Part shown: in pieces, positions 1 through 13,186 of the stretch | Position numbering within the stretch: position 1 is the first letter of the stretch | How the letters are laid out: every line of letters begins with the position of its first letter | Assembly (NCBI RefSeq): GCF_001949145.1 | Contig: NW_019091362.1 | Location: 2,716,204-2,780,203 of the forward strand | Direction of reading: 5' to 3' | Length of the DNA stretch: 64,000 bases | Origin: Acanthaster planci | Lineage: Eukaryota | Made by a program: the position numbers and the translations under genes | The notes under the pieces: model-generated | What the model was told of the DNA's origin: nothing | The model's database searches: none | Seen by the model: the letters and a program-made list of their open reading frames with translations, nothing else

Positions 1-137
1 CTTTTTTCTTATAAAGATAGGAACCAGTTAAAGACAAAAGAAAAAAACAAACAGTCAAATTCTGACTGATAAAAGGATTGTGCTTGCTGAAGATTATGTA
101 AATTAGTATGCGGAGGCCCAGTGACTTGATTCAACTA

Positions 138-458
138 GTTGTTCACGCCAGGGTCTGACCACATTTCTGAACAGTGGAATGGTCACAGGAATGTTCCACT
201 GGACTTTGAAAGTTCAGGAATTTCATCCCTCGTTGGATTCTGAGCTTTGGACCACTGGGGTGTGGGTGAGGCCCAAGACAGAAAGTCCGCACTGGACCTT
301 CTGTCTTGGGAAAAGTGTCTCAGGAATTCTTCCTGGCCAGAAGTTGGCTGGTAAAAATTCCCGCGCAGCTTGGGAAAAGTCTGTACTGGACTTAAAATGG
401 GCAAAGTACCCATCGTCTGGGTAAGTTTGCCCAAAAAAAGTCCTGTGCGAACAGGGCT
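138..458. mobile_element. Degenerate relative of the 11122-11564 MITE
   Basis: gtctgtactggacttaaaatgggcaaagtacccatcgtctgggtaagtttg...gtcctgtgcgaaca matches 11494-11559; left end uncertain. Confidence 0.6.
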
Positions 459-919
459 TTTTATAAAATGAAGTACATGTAAGTTGAACAAACTGTTGAA
501 CAAAATCATTGGTAATTTGAAGGTTTTAAAACTTGTTTTGAAAAAGTTGACGCAGCCAGCCGAAAACATGAGGAATTTCTCATTTCTACACCAACTTTAT
601 TTTTCTCTAGTTGAGATTATGAATCCTGTTGTACTTTATGACAGTCACAAATGGAAAAACCTTCTGGATGGCAACTCTGCTGGCACAGATAATTTTGTTC
701 TCATTGGTGAGCATCTGGAATTCTGATATAAGCCACAACCTTCATCCACCACATCTCCAGGCTTCATGGAACTAACCATAAGAATTAGAATAATTGCAAG
801 TAAACAGCTACTGAAGAGGGTAAATTTGGATGCAACTATTTCAAAAAAACAGCTGGCTAACTCTTCAAGAATTTTAAGTGGTTTCTAGACAGACAACGGA
901 TACATGAGTGTGCCGTTAC

Positions 920-977
920 CCGTAGCACGCAAGTCCATGTTATTGAGATGCAGCGGTATTTCATCTGGCCATACCGA
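920..977 (-). CDS. Candidate internal exon (SVWPDEIPLHLNNMDLRAT)
   Basis: Acceptor tttgttttcattgcag, donor CGG|gtaacg; phase-compatible with the 1711-1878 candidate. Confidence 0.3.
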
Positions 978-1443
978 CTGCAATGAAAACAAAGTGGGAG
1001 ATAACGTTAAGGGATTAATCTTAAAATAGCTGCAAAAAAATTCAGATAACAAACTACGACCCCCTTATGAATACCCTGTCATTCCTTTTTCAGATATGGT
1101 CAGAGGTTTTTTTTGAGCAAACTTCCTTGATAATCCAGAGTATTTTCCACCCATCGCTAATGGACTTAATCATCTTGCCGCTCTTAGCTTGATGAATGGC
1201 AGAATTCCTTGGAGGAGTACGTGTATGTCAAGGAACTTTCCCAGGCTGGAAATGGCGTGTTAATTAGTCAGTCCCCCACAATAACGGTGAACTAAATGGC
1301 CAATGTCTTATGCAGTTTGAGGATATCGAAGGCTGAGAAGTAGAGGTGACACCTGGGGGCTGATCTACGGTAGTCACAGATTTCATTCATTTCCAAGAAT
1401 TTAATCCATAGCAGAAAAATGCTACTGTACACGTCAATTAAAT

Positions 1444-1622
1444 TTAACATGAGAATAAATACATGTATGTGCTTGCATGGCCAGTCTTAAACATGCATTT
1501 AAGACTGGCTCAGGAGAATGGGCGCAACTGATGCCTGAACTGCAGGAGAGGGTTATTATCAGCGGTCATCCTCCTGAGCCCGTCGTATACATTAGACCAA
1601 GCACATATTTATTCCAACTTAT
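1444..1622. mobile_element. Palindromic MITE (~180 bp)
   Basis: Inverted pairs gaataaata[catgta]tgtgcttg / caagcacatatttattc and ggctcaggagaatg / catcctcctgagcc. Confidence 0.7.
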
Positions 1623-1710
1623 ACATGTGTAGCGGTACATTTTAGTCAGAGAATCAAAAGAAGTAAATATACGATAAATTTCCACAAATTTTACTTTCAT
1701 TTTTCCAAAC

Positions 1711-1878
1711 ATCCTCATTGGTATACTCCTCGTGCAAGTAGTCCAGAAGAATCTCCTTATATAGACTTGGTGTGCTCATGGCAAGTTCTGCACTGCATGG
1801 CCCACACAGGCTCTTGATCAAAAGGAATGGTTTAACTGTCTCCAATCCATGTGCCAGCACGTTTTTACACAGTGCGCT
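1711..1878 (-). CDS. Candidate internal exon (SALCKNVLAHGLETVKPFLLIKSL...LYKEILLDYLHEEYTNED)
   Basis: 168-nt open frame with helical-protein-like composition, but weak splice sites (tttaatag / gtttgg). Confidence 0.25.
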
Positions 1879-4800
1879 CTATTAAATTGCAGCAGGGTTA
1901 TCAAATGTTAGTACACGGTCATGTTGCATGTTGTTGAACAGGAAAACTACAAGTATCTAAGGTATTTATGAACATTCAGAAAGCATCAGCTTTAAAAACA
2001 TTGCAGAAATAATTTACTTGCACATTAGTAACTTCACACTGGTAGGTATCAATAAGGACCATTCTGTCCAAATGAATATTCCATCATTGCTCTTCCCATA
2101 TTCTTAAAACGTGAGCCTGTATTTTCTTAGATTTACTAACATGAACATGTAAGTGATTAGTGGATGATGGAGTTTTTACTTTGAAGGTAACCAACTTTTG
2201 AACTTTCTGTCAAACTGAAGACATTTCCAGAAAATGTTCATTTGGTTGGGAGGGGGTTAAAGGAACTAACAAGTTCGGGGTTATGGGTCTTACATGGAGG
2301 ATTTTGCCATTTGACCCTAGAAATCTTCAATTAGGGAACTAACCCAGAAGAAATACATGTAGAATGTCTTCACTGTAGGAACAGGGCATGGTAAAATTTA
2401 AAACCAACAGCCTATCCACCATGAGCACGAACACCCCCTCATTGGTCGAAACGAGCCATGCTGGTGAGGAAGGGTCATTTTGTTGGTAGTGTAGCATCGG
2501 TAACACATGCAATGTTTGTGAACCAGGCTGAGTGGGGTGCAGTTTCAGTCCCAGTTCCTACCGAAGGAGCGTCTGCCGCACCCTCTCTTGGTCCCGCTTG
2601 AGGTGGATTGAGCAAATACTGGCACAAACCTCATGCAAGTTTGACATTGAGTTTAACATGACATGACACTATCTACAGGTACCTTTGACTTGTTATCCCA
2701 TGCATTTTTCTACAACCTTGATCTCTCCCTAATCCAGAGGTCCCTCCTAAGCCCTACATGGGTCCCAAGTACGTCCTTGTACATGTACTCTGCTTGAATT
2801 AATTCACAAAATAAACTTGGTGGGTATCCAACCTCAAAATAGGCAGACTTAAAATATTTTTCCTCGGGCAAATTTATGTATACATGTACAATGTACCGGT
2901 ATGTGCATCCACCCAGTGCCCAAGGATACGAACATCCAGGCATTTCACATGACTGCCCAATCAAAACCTACCTTAATTGGGTCATGAACCATTCATGTAC
3001 TTTTGATGTTCCCATGGAGGCCTGACAGAAATGCCAACGTAAAATGTAGTGGCAAAAAGCTGACTTGAGGGATGTTCAAGTTTTATCTGAAAAAAAGCTT
3101 TCTTCTCACTCCTGCACCAGAGAGATTCTTAAATTCAGCATTACAAAATCATGTGGAAAGTTCCTTCGTTGACCTTAATCCCAGCAGATCCTTCAAAATG
3201 TATGTGTACTGGTGTGCTTTGCAGAGTTTGCTTCAACTGGCATAATGCCAACTAGAAATGCACCTCTGGTTGAATGCCAAATTTGAGGGGAAGATTTTAA
3301 GCGAACTCAGTAAAACAGAAGAATGTCTTGGCCGTTGATCTTAAAATGCTAAGAAGACATACATGTACATGTGTACACTAAGTCCCGAGCAGATACATGT
3401 ACTTTGTGCTGATTGAAGCTTAAGAGGACCGGATATCCGATGGAACTGTGAATCACATCCTTTCTTGTGGAGAATCTCTGTTGTGTCCTTGGCTCAAATT
3501 CAAAAGAAAAATCTTCTGTGGACTGGATGCGGGTGTTTGGAAGACAGGACACACACAAGTCCTTCATTTCAGAGTTCCAGAGCTTTTGAACACCTGTCAC
3601 CTCAGTGAAAGTGGTTTGACATTCAACAGTGGGGGCCTTTGAGATGCTTGGTAGCGGCAGAAAGCGCCAGAGTTGTGCGTGTGCTCAGAACTACGTGCAC
3701 TTTGTCAGAAATACTTGCGCATGGTCAGAACTAGCCACAAGACTGGCCAGATCGTCTGCCACTGCCAAGAATCTCAAAGTCACCCACTGCCTTTGCAGTG
3801 GAGATGTGGAATGCAACACTGTACACAAAGGAAATGCACAGTGGTGTCACTTGAAGCTGAGTATGTCATGTGTTCTTTGAGTCCAAGGGTAACAAATCGG
3901 ATATAACCGAAAAGTCACACTTTATTTTGATAGTTACACAGTGACCATGTCGAAAAGCTTTCTTGGGACTTTCTTTGCTCAAAACTGACAAACCAAATTA
4001 ATCCACAACATTACCTTCTGATTACTGTAGACTCTACTAGGACACAAATGGAGGGGTTTCATGCACATGTACATGTTTATTGTTCTGTTTGGCGCACATG
4101 CCAAACACATGCAAGCAACATCTACAAGTACATGTATACAACATGTGCCTGTACTGGTATGGTATTTATGCATGGCAATTTATGATAGGCAGGTGATTTA
4201 CATGTGTACACATGTAAGGCAGTTGACAGTCAGTTTTATGGCTAGCTTACACATGTGACTGTTCATACCAAATACATGTATGTTATGCTGTAGTATAAAA
4301 GGTGGGATATAACCAAGATATTTGACACAGCAAAGTGTGTTTAAAGTAAGTCTTAGCTGTTTTGACACCAAAAGACATTTCAGAATTGGCACTATGCTCA
4401 ACTAAGGAAGTTTGGCTTGGGATGGCTGACAAGCAGACTAAAACAAGTCTACCTTCTAACTGTCATTCTGACAAAGTCATTAAATCTGTGGGCACCTTTG
4501 CAGATTCTGGTATCAAATGTTCCCAACCTCTTCTCTTCTTTCTCCAGGGTTTTCCGACAGTTGTATTGACTGACATTGGAGATCAAAGTGCACAACTGAT
4601 TCTTTCTTCAATCTGTAACCTCCACTATGAGATCTGCTCCAATGGCTTTAATTGGATCGGATGCCGGGTGAACATTAATTTGAGGAGGGAGATGAACATG
4701 TAATTTATACAGTGACAAATGCGGCTCGGTGGGTTTGGACACTAAATGAAGTTGGATTCCTGTGGCGTTTCCGCTATTCCCATTTCCCCATCTCCCTTTC

Positions 4801-7800
4801 TCCCTACGATCATCAAAGATACTCCTCACGCTCACCCGTGCTGCCTGTCAGCAACCCTTACATCAATTAAATATCGATAATCTAGGAATTAGGCATGGAG
4901 CAAAGCCATGCTTGGGCAAGACAAGATGACCTGATTACACTTTGAAAAGCCCCATCTGCAAGGGTACATTTTTGGGTCATTCCTATTCAATTGCTGTGCA
5001 GGTACATCAAGCAGTTCGCTCATCGCTAAGGGTGAAAACCATTTCTACAGGAGAGATGTTGCGTCACGTTAGAGGTGCCGAACTGTGCTCCTACTCCAAA
5101 CTATGCATGGTTAGCCAGCTAGGAAAGCAATGCCCAACATGTCAAAAAGGAATAACCAAAAGAAACAAGTCCACTTTGTCATCTGAAAACTATGACAGAT
5201 TTTTAAAAGATTCCAAAATCTGAGACTACCGGTAGGCAGGGTGCTAATCTAAGACCTATCACACATGCACTTGCAAACTCCAATCTCTTACTCCCTTTAG
5301 TGCATTCTACTATCAAAATACCAAGACATACCTGTAGCCACAGGGGAAATACTTCACCTTTACAAAAGTGTACATGTACCCTGAACAGGTTTCCTTATCT
5401 AAGGCACTTCATTTCAGAATTTCTTCCTCATAGTCTACATTGTGGAGTGGTACTTACAATGTATGTCTGGATCACTCAAAAGATTCCCCCCCCCCAAAAA
5501 TCTAGTTCTTAAACCTATAGAAAATCAGCACTGTTGGTGCTTTTTGTTGGGGGGAGGAAGTTAGTAGTACTAGTATTGGGAGCAAGTGTGACTTGACACA
5601 GCCACACTATCATGAACTTTTAGTTGCAGAAAATCGTACATAATACCGGTATGTCAGTGAACCTTCTGCCCGGACAGCAAGTCTTGGGTACATGACCATA
5701 CATTCTAATGAAGCTTAATGCATCCAGCTGATGTGTCAACTGGCAGTTGAGTGACCACTGCAGTCAATGTAGCACAAGATGCCCGACTAATTTTTTTGTT
5801 GATGCATCTGTTAGCGATACTGATCAGTCTAGACAACCGAGGAAGCGTGTGTCTGCAAACATAACAGATCAAATAGTCTGTGTTCCTAGCAACTTGTGAT
5901 ATTCGCTGGGCAACGCATGCAACATGTCGTAAGTTTCATATTGTATGACCTAAATAAATGGAAATCTGAGCAAAAACACATAACTATTTTACGTAGTCGT
6001 CCAAGTAAATGTAGGCCTACATGCACACACTTAAAAACGGAAAGCAAAATCAAAACTTTACCGTACAGTTTGAAATGTACCCCAGTCGTACCAATAAATC
6101 AAACTAACTTCTGATAAATAAAAAAGCTGTCTATGGTATTCTGGTAGCAAGAAGTAGAAGCTATTACTGTGATGGCACAAAACGCATGGACAGGTTACAC
6201 AAAACAGGTGGTACACGCAGGTGGTACATGGACAGGTGGTGCATTCACATTACCCATCCATGCCTCTTTGACCAATATGGTGCTTTAGTTTGCCAAAAGC
6301 ACATAGACAAGCTTAAGAATGCGCATATCAATGTAGTGCCAATGCAGCTATGGCATTTCTTCTTTACGAATTGTAACGTTACATTGTATGTACCACAAGC
6401 GATTTGCCAATGGTACAAGAAACAGACTTTTATCTTACCTTTGATATTCTCTACGAAGATCAGATTAACCTTTTCAAACAAAAGTAACCATTATGGATGA
6501 TAATAAATGCACATTTCTTGACAGTATAAAATCTATGCATACAACCAACACGAAAATGGACCGGTAGGTTTGAGTGCAATTAACAATTACATATAAATTC
6601 CACTGACAACTTGCACAGTCTGTGTGACAATGGAATCGCCACAGTTCAAGCCAAATAATCTGCCACTCAGAACAACCCCCCTAGCTCTTATCTGTGCCAT
6701 CATTAATATCAGCATCCAATCTGTGTACACCCTGGGGAAAAATAAATACATTAAACACCCTATCATTAAGGGCAACCTCTAATGCATGAAATGCATATAT
6801 CCTATTTAATACAACAGCGCCGTTAATTAAGTTGGCCGGGACACGGGTTACTTCAGCTGGGCAGAGAACAGGCTCTCCAGATAGCTCCCGGACTGACGTT
6901 AATTGTAATGTTGTTCAGCATGCCCACACTGGTTGGTAAATGACAACGCTTGAGAGCTACGCGTGAGACTGTGGATCTGACAGACACTAAGCATGACCAA
7001 ACCCATGAAAATGAGGCCAGAAGTCGCCAGAGTAATGCTTTTCTATTTTAGATGTAACACCTTAAACCAATTTGTAGTATTGGGAATCAGTAAGAAATGT
7101 CACTGTCTTGAAGCACAGGCACATCATTTGCAGGGTAATAGGACATAACCTTCCAAACCAAGTACTGCATAGAATGACTTATTCAAAATACCGTTATATG
7201 CTAACCCTTTTTTGTACATGATGAAATACAGACAAAACATCTACCAGTACATGAACCGGTATTTCTCCTTCTGTAACAGGAGAAACCGCCTGTACGGTAC
7301 AAGTACACATTCTGGACCAATCCTCAAAATAACAAAAAGTGCAATTCACAAGAGTCCTGAAGTGCCCGTTTTCACATGTACCGGTAATTTTTCTTGCTCA
7401 TGTCTGTAAGGAGTACTTGCATGTAAAAAAAAAGGTGACTTCACTGTTGAGTTGTGTACATGTGTCAGCAGGAATTTATCAATCTGGCAAACAGTGCTTG
7501 GAATACCTACATGCATGCACCTGTGTTCAATATTGTTGATGTACATGGACGTGTACTGTACATGTACAGGAAGCTTTAATTCGCTCAAATGCGACATTCT
7601 TTTGCCTCTTGTTCCTGCCTACAAATAGATTCAAAAAGGAGCTTTGAAGAAAGAACAATCCTTCACTTCGCCTGCAATTATATCTTTCACAAGGAATAGA
7701 AAGTTATTGCTTTTTTTCCCGTTCCTGTGAAGGAAAATATACTCGAGGCTCTAAGCAATATGAGACAAGATGACAGAGGAGACAGTGCCATGAAACAATG

Positions 7801-7813
7801 ACTCCCATCTTAC

Positions 7814-7897
7814 TTCAGCAATGTAAAGAAAAATGAAAAGAAAACAGTAGGCGCTGAAAGGGACACACATCGAAGGAGGAACTTCACAGTTCAAACC
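7814..7897 (-). CDS. Candidate internal exon (GLNCEVPPSMCVPFSAYCFLFIFLYIAE)
   Basis: Acceptor ccctgcag, donor GAA|gtaaga, 84 nt open in phase 0; hydrophobic C-terminal half. Confidence 0.3.
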
Positions 7898-8927
7898 CTG
7901 CAGGGCATATTTCTAATGTTAACGATGCACAAGCCACATCCACGGCAGGTCCCGTGTCGCCATTAGGTACTGTAGGATTAATTGGCTCTGTAAAAAACAC
8001 TGTCTGACAGTAATGAAAATCAACATACACGTAAGTGAACATTGAAAATTTCTGTATCACAAGATATTACAATGATAGCAGTTGTGCCGCTTGTTAAAAA
8101 GAGATCACTGTCTGTCACTGACAGTTAGCCTGGGTAGCCAGTATACTCATACTGTTTATTTGGGACTATTCTTTTTGGTCGAGATGCGACAAATTTGCTA
8201 GTGTTTTTGCCTTATTACCGGTAGTTTGGCTACCCAAAAACCTTTCAGGAAGAAGAACAAATTCTGAATTTTACATGGGATTTTTTTTTGTCCTGACAAC
8301 TAAAGACACCGGTAGGCACGTGAGCAAAGCACCCCTCGGACAGTAATCAGCAGGATGCTGTATTGCTTTTAACTTCTTGACAAACATTACCGGTAGTTCA
8401 CACAGACACAGCTGTCGAGAACTTTTAAATTTTTGAAAACGATAACAGGTAGATGTTCATGTACTTAAAGACCTTACAAGGAAGGTTTCAAAATGCGTGT
8501 CATAAACTTAAGCATTCAACAATGACAAACAGCATGGCAATTCGCCAAGTGACATAAAATACAGCTCCCGGGAGTACAGGAGGATGAAGGTATCAATATA
8601 ATTGACATGACAACAGCTGTGAAATACAACAGTCGTCCATCACCATTTCTGCCCTGAAGTCTGTTTTCACTGCTACCTTGCTAGTAAATGCATGTCAAAT
8701 CTCCCCAATCAAATATGTAGATAAAAAAAAGGGAATTATTGATATCACTAATCAAAGTGTCACTCCACTCGACAGGCTGAAGGCGGGGAGGGGGTATACT
8801 TCGTCTGAAGCAGGTCAGACATGGACAAGGTTGAACCCCTCTCCTTCATCACATGTCAGAAGTGGCTTTTCAGCTTTTGTGGCACCTTGCTTTGAGTCTC
8901 GGCAAAATTGGCAAATCTTAATTCATC

Positions 8928-9170
8928 GGTAATTCCAGAAATTAGGGGTCCATTTTTTTCATGTCCCTGTTACATCTGACATATGATTTTGTAAGTTCAG
9001 AACACATTTTCTAACTTCCGAGAGTGTTGAATTAATGCAAATTACCTGCCAAACAAATAATAATAGTTTGAAATCAATTACGGTGATATTTACATGTCAA
9101 ATAACAAAGGTCAGATGTAACAGGGACACGAAAATGTCACACAATTGAACCCCTAATTTCTGGAATTACC
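8928..9170. mobile_element. MITE with TIR ggtaattccagaaattagggg
   Basis: 21-bp perfect terminal inverted repeat plus tgtccctgttacatctgac / gtcagatgtaacagggaca. Confidence 0.85.
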
Positions 9171-11121
9171 TTAATGTAAAAAAATGTTATTTATAAGGGT
9201 AACTTGTCCAGTACTGCAGCTATGGTAAAACGGCTACCCTGGTACATGTACATGTATGCAGACCTAGTGCCTGTACATTACCGGTGTCAATTACCAATAC
9301 GCCTCCTAGATCCCTAAAAATCCATCAGGATGTTTCTGAGAGATTGAGGAAGGCACCATACCAACCAACCACAGGACCAAACATGGACACGATACCACTT
9401 TCATGGTAAAGTTGAAAGAAGTGTGCTGTTGCCTTATTGCAATGGTCATACCGGTACATACCAGTATGTGTAGTAAGAAATTTTTTAAGCAAACAATTGA
9501 ATTTTTTTCCTCTTTACTGCTTTGATTTTGCACCTCAGAATACCCAGTTGTGAAGATAAATATATAATAATATTTAATATTTGATTTAAATATTAGAATA
9601 TTTGGCACAGTCCCAAAACAGCTTCCCATCACAGGTTTTCTCTGATAACAATGCATGCACTACAAACTCAATGCACATGTACAACATCAATAATTTGTCC
9701 AAAATATGGCTACAACGAGCAGGAAGTGAAATTAGACATGCCAAAGGTTTATCAGATGTCATCTGCTTTTGTCGGCACTCTTGTCGGGACAGATGATCGT
9801 TTTTGTTTGCAGTAGCATCAGCTAATTATATCTTGTGGTAGATATAATGTACATGTATCTACCATGCGACCGTCATTTAATTCCCCGAAAAAGGATGCAT
9901 GCCCAAGTTTAATGTGTGTGATGAAAAAAAAAATGATGGGATCTATGACATCTGTCTACTCATGCAGGACCTGGGAATGTTACGTGCAAAGAAGTCCTTC
10001 CAATCGTAATTCCAATGGGCCACGGGATACAGCCTATAGTACATGTATCTATAAAATGCACACTGGTATTAATAAGCCACTTACCAGTTTCTGCTTCTCC
10101 GTAGGACAATAAACCATGATGGGATTCTAAATTACCGTCATTCATTTTGCCTTGGAATAGCTCATTGGAATTCCCATTCAAGGAGTGAACTAGGTACAGC
10201 CACAGGAGAGGAAATAAAGGTCAGCGTTTATGATTGGGCAATGAACTTGATGGTATCAAACTGTTAAGCAGGGATGAGGGCGGGTGGAGAGTGTACAGTA
10301 CGTGTGCGAGTACATGTACTGTACATGGTTGATGCGAATTTATAGATTTAAAGATTAAATAACTCACGCAAAATATGGAGGTTTTAATAAAATGCAAGTT
10401 TTCTTCATGTGATGCAGTCATTGATATGCTGGTCACAGTCTGCACTCAACCTGCATAGCTGATGCAGAACAGCCCAGGAGAATTAGAGCGATCTTGTCTG
10501 ATAGCGAGCTTAATAGACAAACTCTGACCAGGAGCTGGCTGGTGGGGGGGGAGATGACTTGCAATTATCTCTGGAGCATCACTCTCAAAATATTGCCATG
10601 AGTTGCACCAATCCAGTGACTACGGCAGCAGACAGAGGAACTGCACTCGGCAACCCACAGGATGTGCAGTGCCAGTTATTGTGTGGTGCACGCCTGGGAT
10701 AATTTCAACTGATCCTGAACAAGCAAGAGGTACTTTCTGCAGTACAATGTATAACACACTGAGTCATAGGGGTGCACCCAGTGAGCACCCCTACCCTTCA
10801 CTTTTCTTTCCCTTTTTTCTCTTTTTGTAGATACCCATTTCCTCTGCTCTTGTTCCCAATTGTTTAATTCAGCAACTTTAAAAACAGAAATTATCATTAA
10901 ATGCATGTGCACCAGTTGCCTGCGGTCATTCACGTTGTCGGGGTCATTTCTCTGGCGGCACCCCCCCCCCTTGCTACTCCTCCCCGTCCCCTTGCTGGAT
11001 CCAACACTGACAACCAATTCCAGGTCAAAGAACCACACTGCATGTAGACTGCACACGTACATGTCAGTACAGTTGTGTAAAGAACCTATGTTCAGGTTTA
11101 CATTGGCTCAAAAGTATCTAA

Positions 11122-11564
11122 TGCGGTGTTCGCAGTGGACTTGTTTTTCTGCGGGTTTTACCGAGCCAACGGTCAAACAATAAATGGTCAAATGTGACCA
11201 CTGTCCACACTTGGACTTTCGACACAGGAAAATTTTACTGAGGCCGCAGGAAAGGAACCAAGCTGGCAATGGAATGACTTATGAGGGCGCTTTGCCTGAC
11301 CTCTCGGCATTTATTTTTGTCCTTAGACACGTTACCGTCCTCGTTATCATCTCTAAATATTTGGTGCACTCTTTAAAACCAGTTGATCTTCCAACAATGT
11401 CAATAACAATTTCTGCCATGATTGGGCAGAGGTTGGCCGGTAGAAATGACTGCGTGGCTCAGAAAAGTAACCAAGAGGAAAAGTTCCTGGGATGTCTGCA
11501 CTGGACCTAAATTGGGATAAGTAACCATCGTCTCGGTAAGTTTGAGTCCAGTGCGAACACTGCT
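11122..11564. mobile_element. MITE, Harbinger-like TIR (gcggtgttcgcagtggac / gtccagtgcgaacactgc)
   Basis: 16/19 TIR match; 3' part shares sequence with 340-458. Confidence 0.7.
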
Positions 11565-11807
11565 ATAGAAAGTAGCGGGTCCTTGCTCTATGGTGGAGGA
11601 ATCAGGATTCTTCAGAATGAGAGGCCAAAATGTAAATTACATAGAGCATAAAGGCATACATGTAAAGTAATGGTCAACATTTGCAAAAATGCCCTACAGG
11701 CTACAATGTACATGTACTTTTCAACAAAAATTTGAAATTTTTCAGAGATATGTGAACAATGACAAATAGTCAGATGGAAAATGTTAAGTTACTAGTCTCA
11801 GTGCCAC

Positions 11808-11901
11808 CTGCACAACCTCCTCCAAATCTGCCTTCGCATAGTCATCTTCAAGTGGGTGTTCTGAAGTCAAGCTTCCACAAGCCTCTGGACCATCCCTTTG
11901 A
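11808..11901 (-). CDS. Candidate internal exon (QRDGPEACGSLTSEHPLEDDYAKADLEEVVQ)
   Basis: Strong acceptor ttaatcttctttctgcag, donor CAG|gtggca, protein-like open frame (phase 2 to 0). Confidence 0.35.
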
Positions 11902-12916
11902 CTGCAGAAAGAAGATTAATTTGTAGGGGGTGGGGAACATACATCACAAAATACAGAGGCAGGCCCCCAGGGGGTCCTAACTCCTGCTGGGCTACCCAAG
12001 ACAAGTTACCCTCCACTGGGCCTAAACTCTTGCTGGTGTAACTGTCCACAGGTTAACTGCCTACTTCAAGCTACTGACCCCAACATAAACAACACACTAA
12101 TCCCAGGGAGGCTTGCCAAATCCTGGTATTGTGACTAACCCTAATCCCCCAAAGCCTTTCCAAGGCTCTTGAAAGGGTCTCCACAGGTATTGACAAACAA
12201 TTTTATAAGGATCCTGCCCTGAGATTGAAGAGCCAGTGGAACATGAAATCTAGCAGATTTATTCCAGGGTTGCATGCCCCAGTTCCATTAGTCTTATATT
12301 CATTTCCCCCTGCCAAACAACGCATCCACCACAGCAAAGCTAAGTACCTTTAAATCCCTGGATTTGGGAACTAACAGCATGGAAATGTTCTAAAGCAGGA
12401 GAGCGATGTGCTAATATCCTGTGTTTAATATGCTGAAGGTGTTTGTAGGTGTTAACCGGAGACAGACCTTCAAATCCACACCAATAAAAACGGAGTTCAC
12501 TGATATGGTAGCAATGGCAAGTCTGAACCTCTAGTCCTGCCACGGAATATGAAATCAGGCTGTGGATGACAGATGCAGGCCAGTAACCTTCGTGGTTCAC
12601 TATAGTTACAGACTTTATTATCAGCAACAACAAAATCAAATCACATGCCTAACGGGGTTACTGGTGGTCAAGTCTCTTTTTAAACATAGGCCTACATGTA
12701 CATGTGTACATGTATGTCTGTTCACAAAGTGTTCTGCAAGTGTTTTAACTTGAATCTGAAGTCACTTTACCCTGTGAAGAAAATCTGTGAATAGATAAGC
12801 TCTTTGTGCATTTCAGAGACATCACCTGGACATATGGACACCTCTTGAAATATCATTTATCACTGTGAAAAGGTGAAAAAGCCCATTGATAAGAGTTGTC
12901 AAGGACAATCACTTAC

Positions 12917-12971
12917 ATGTGACACTTCAGCAGAGTCCGACCACACAGACAACAGCTTCACTTTTAAGTTC
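12917..12971 (-). CDS. Candidate internal exon (NLKVKLLSVWSDSAEVSH)
   Basis: Acceptor catctttccacag, donor CAT|gtaagt; only one open frame (phase 2 to 0). Confidence 0.35.
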
Positions 12972-13030
12972 CTGTGGAAAGATGCCAATAATGCACCATA
13001 TTCCCTTTTAAATTAAATCATGCAATTGCA

Positions 13031-13186
13031 ATAGAGTAGGGAAGTGAGTATGTCACGCGCACAATTACCGGTAGTGTGTAAAAGGCATTAGCGCGAGAAC
13101 CAGCGCGTGAACCAACATGCGCGCGTACTCCATTCGTTTCCACTGTACTTTCTGGTTCACAGTGACGTCACACTTCGGTACTCTAT
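13031..13186. mobile_element. Small MITE with atagagta...tactctat termini
   Basis: atagagtagggaagtgagtatgtcac vs reverse complement atagagtaccgaagtgtgacgtcac; locally CpG-rich interior. Confidence 0.65.

Noticed and set aside
4495..4845. Minus-strand frame open except for one in-frame TGA (possible selenocysteine or readthrough)
   Set aside because: No recognisable selenoprotein motif or SECIS, and weak splice sites; one stop in about 115 codons is compatible with chance.
661..6891. Phase-compatible chain of further minus-strand exons (about 661-722, 2562-2618, 3716-3819, 4574-4645, 6851-6891) with faint UBR-ligase-like GGYRLKKE...FD
   Set aside because: Several donors are weak (gttttt, gtattt, gtcagt), alternative frames are equally plausible and the resemblance is too thin to call; needs RNA-seq or homology search.
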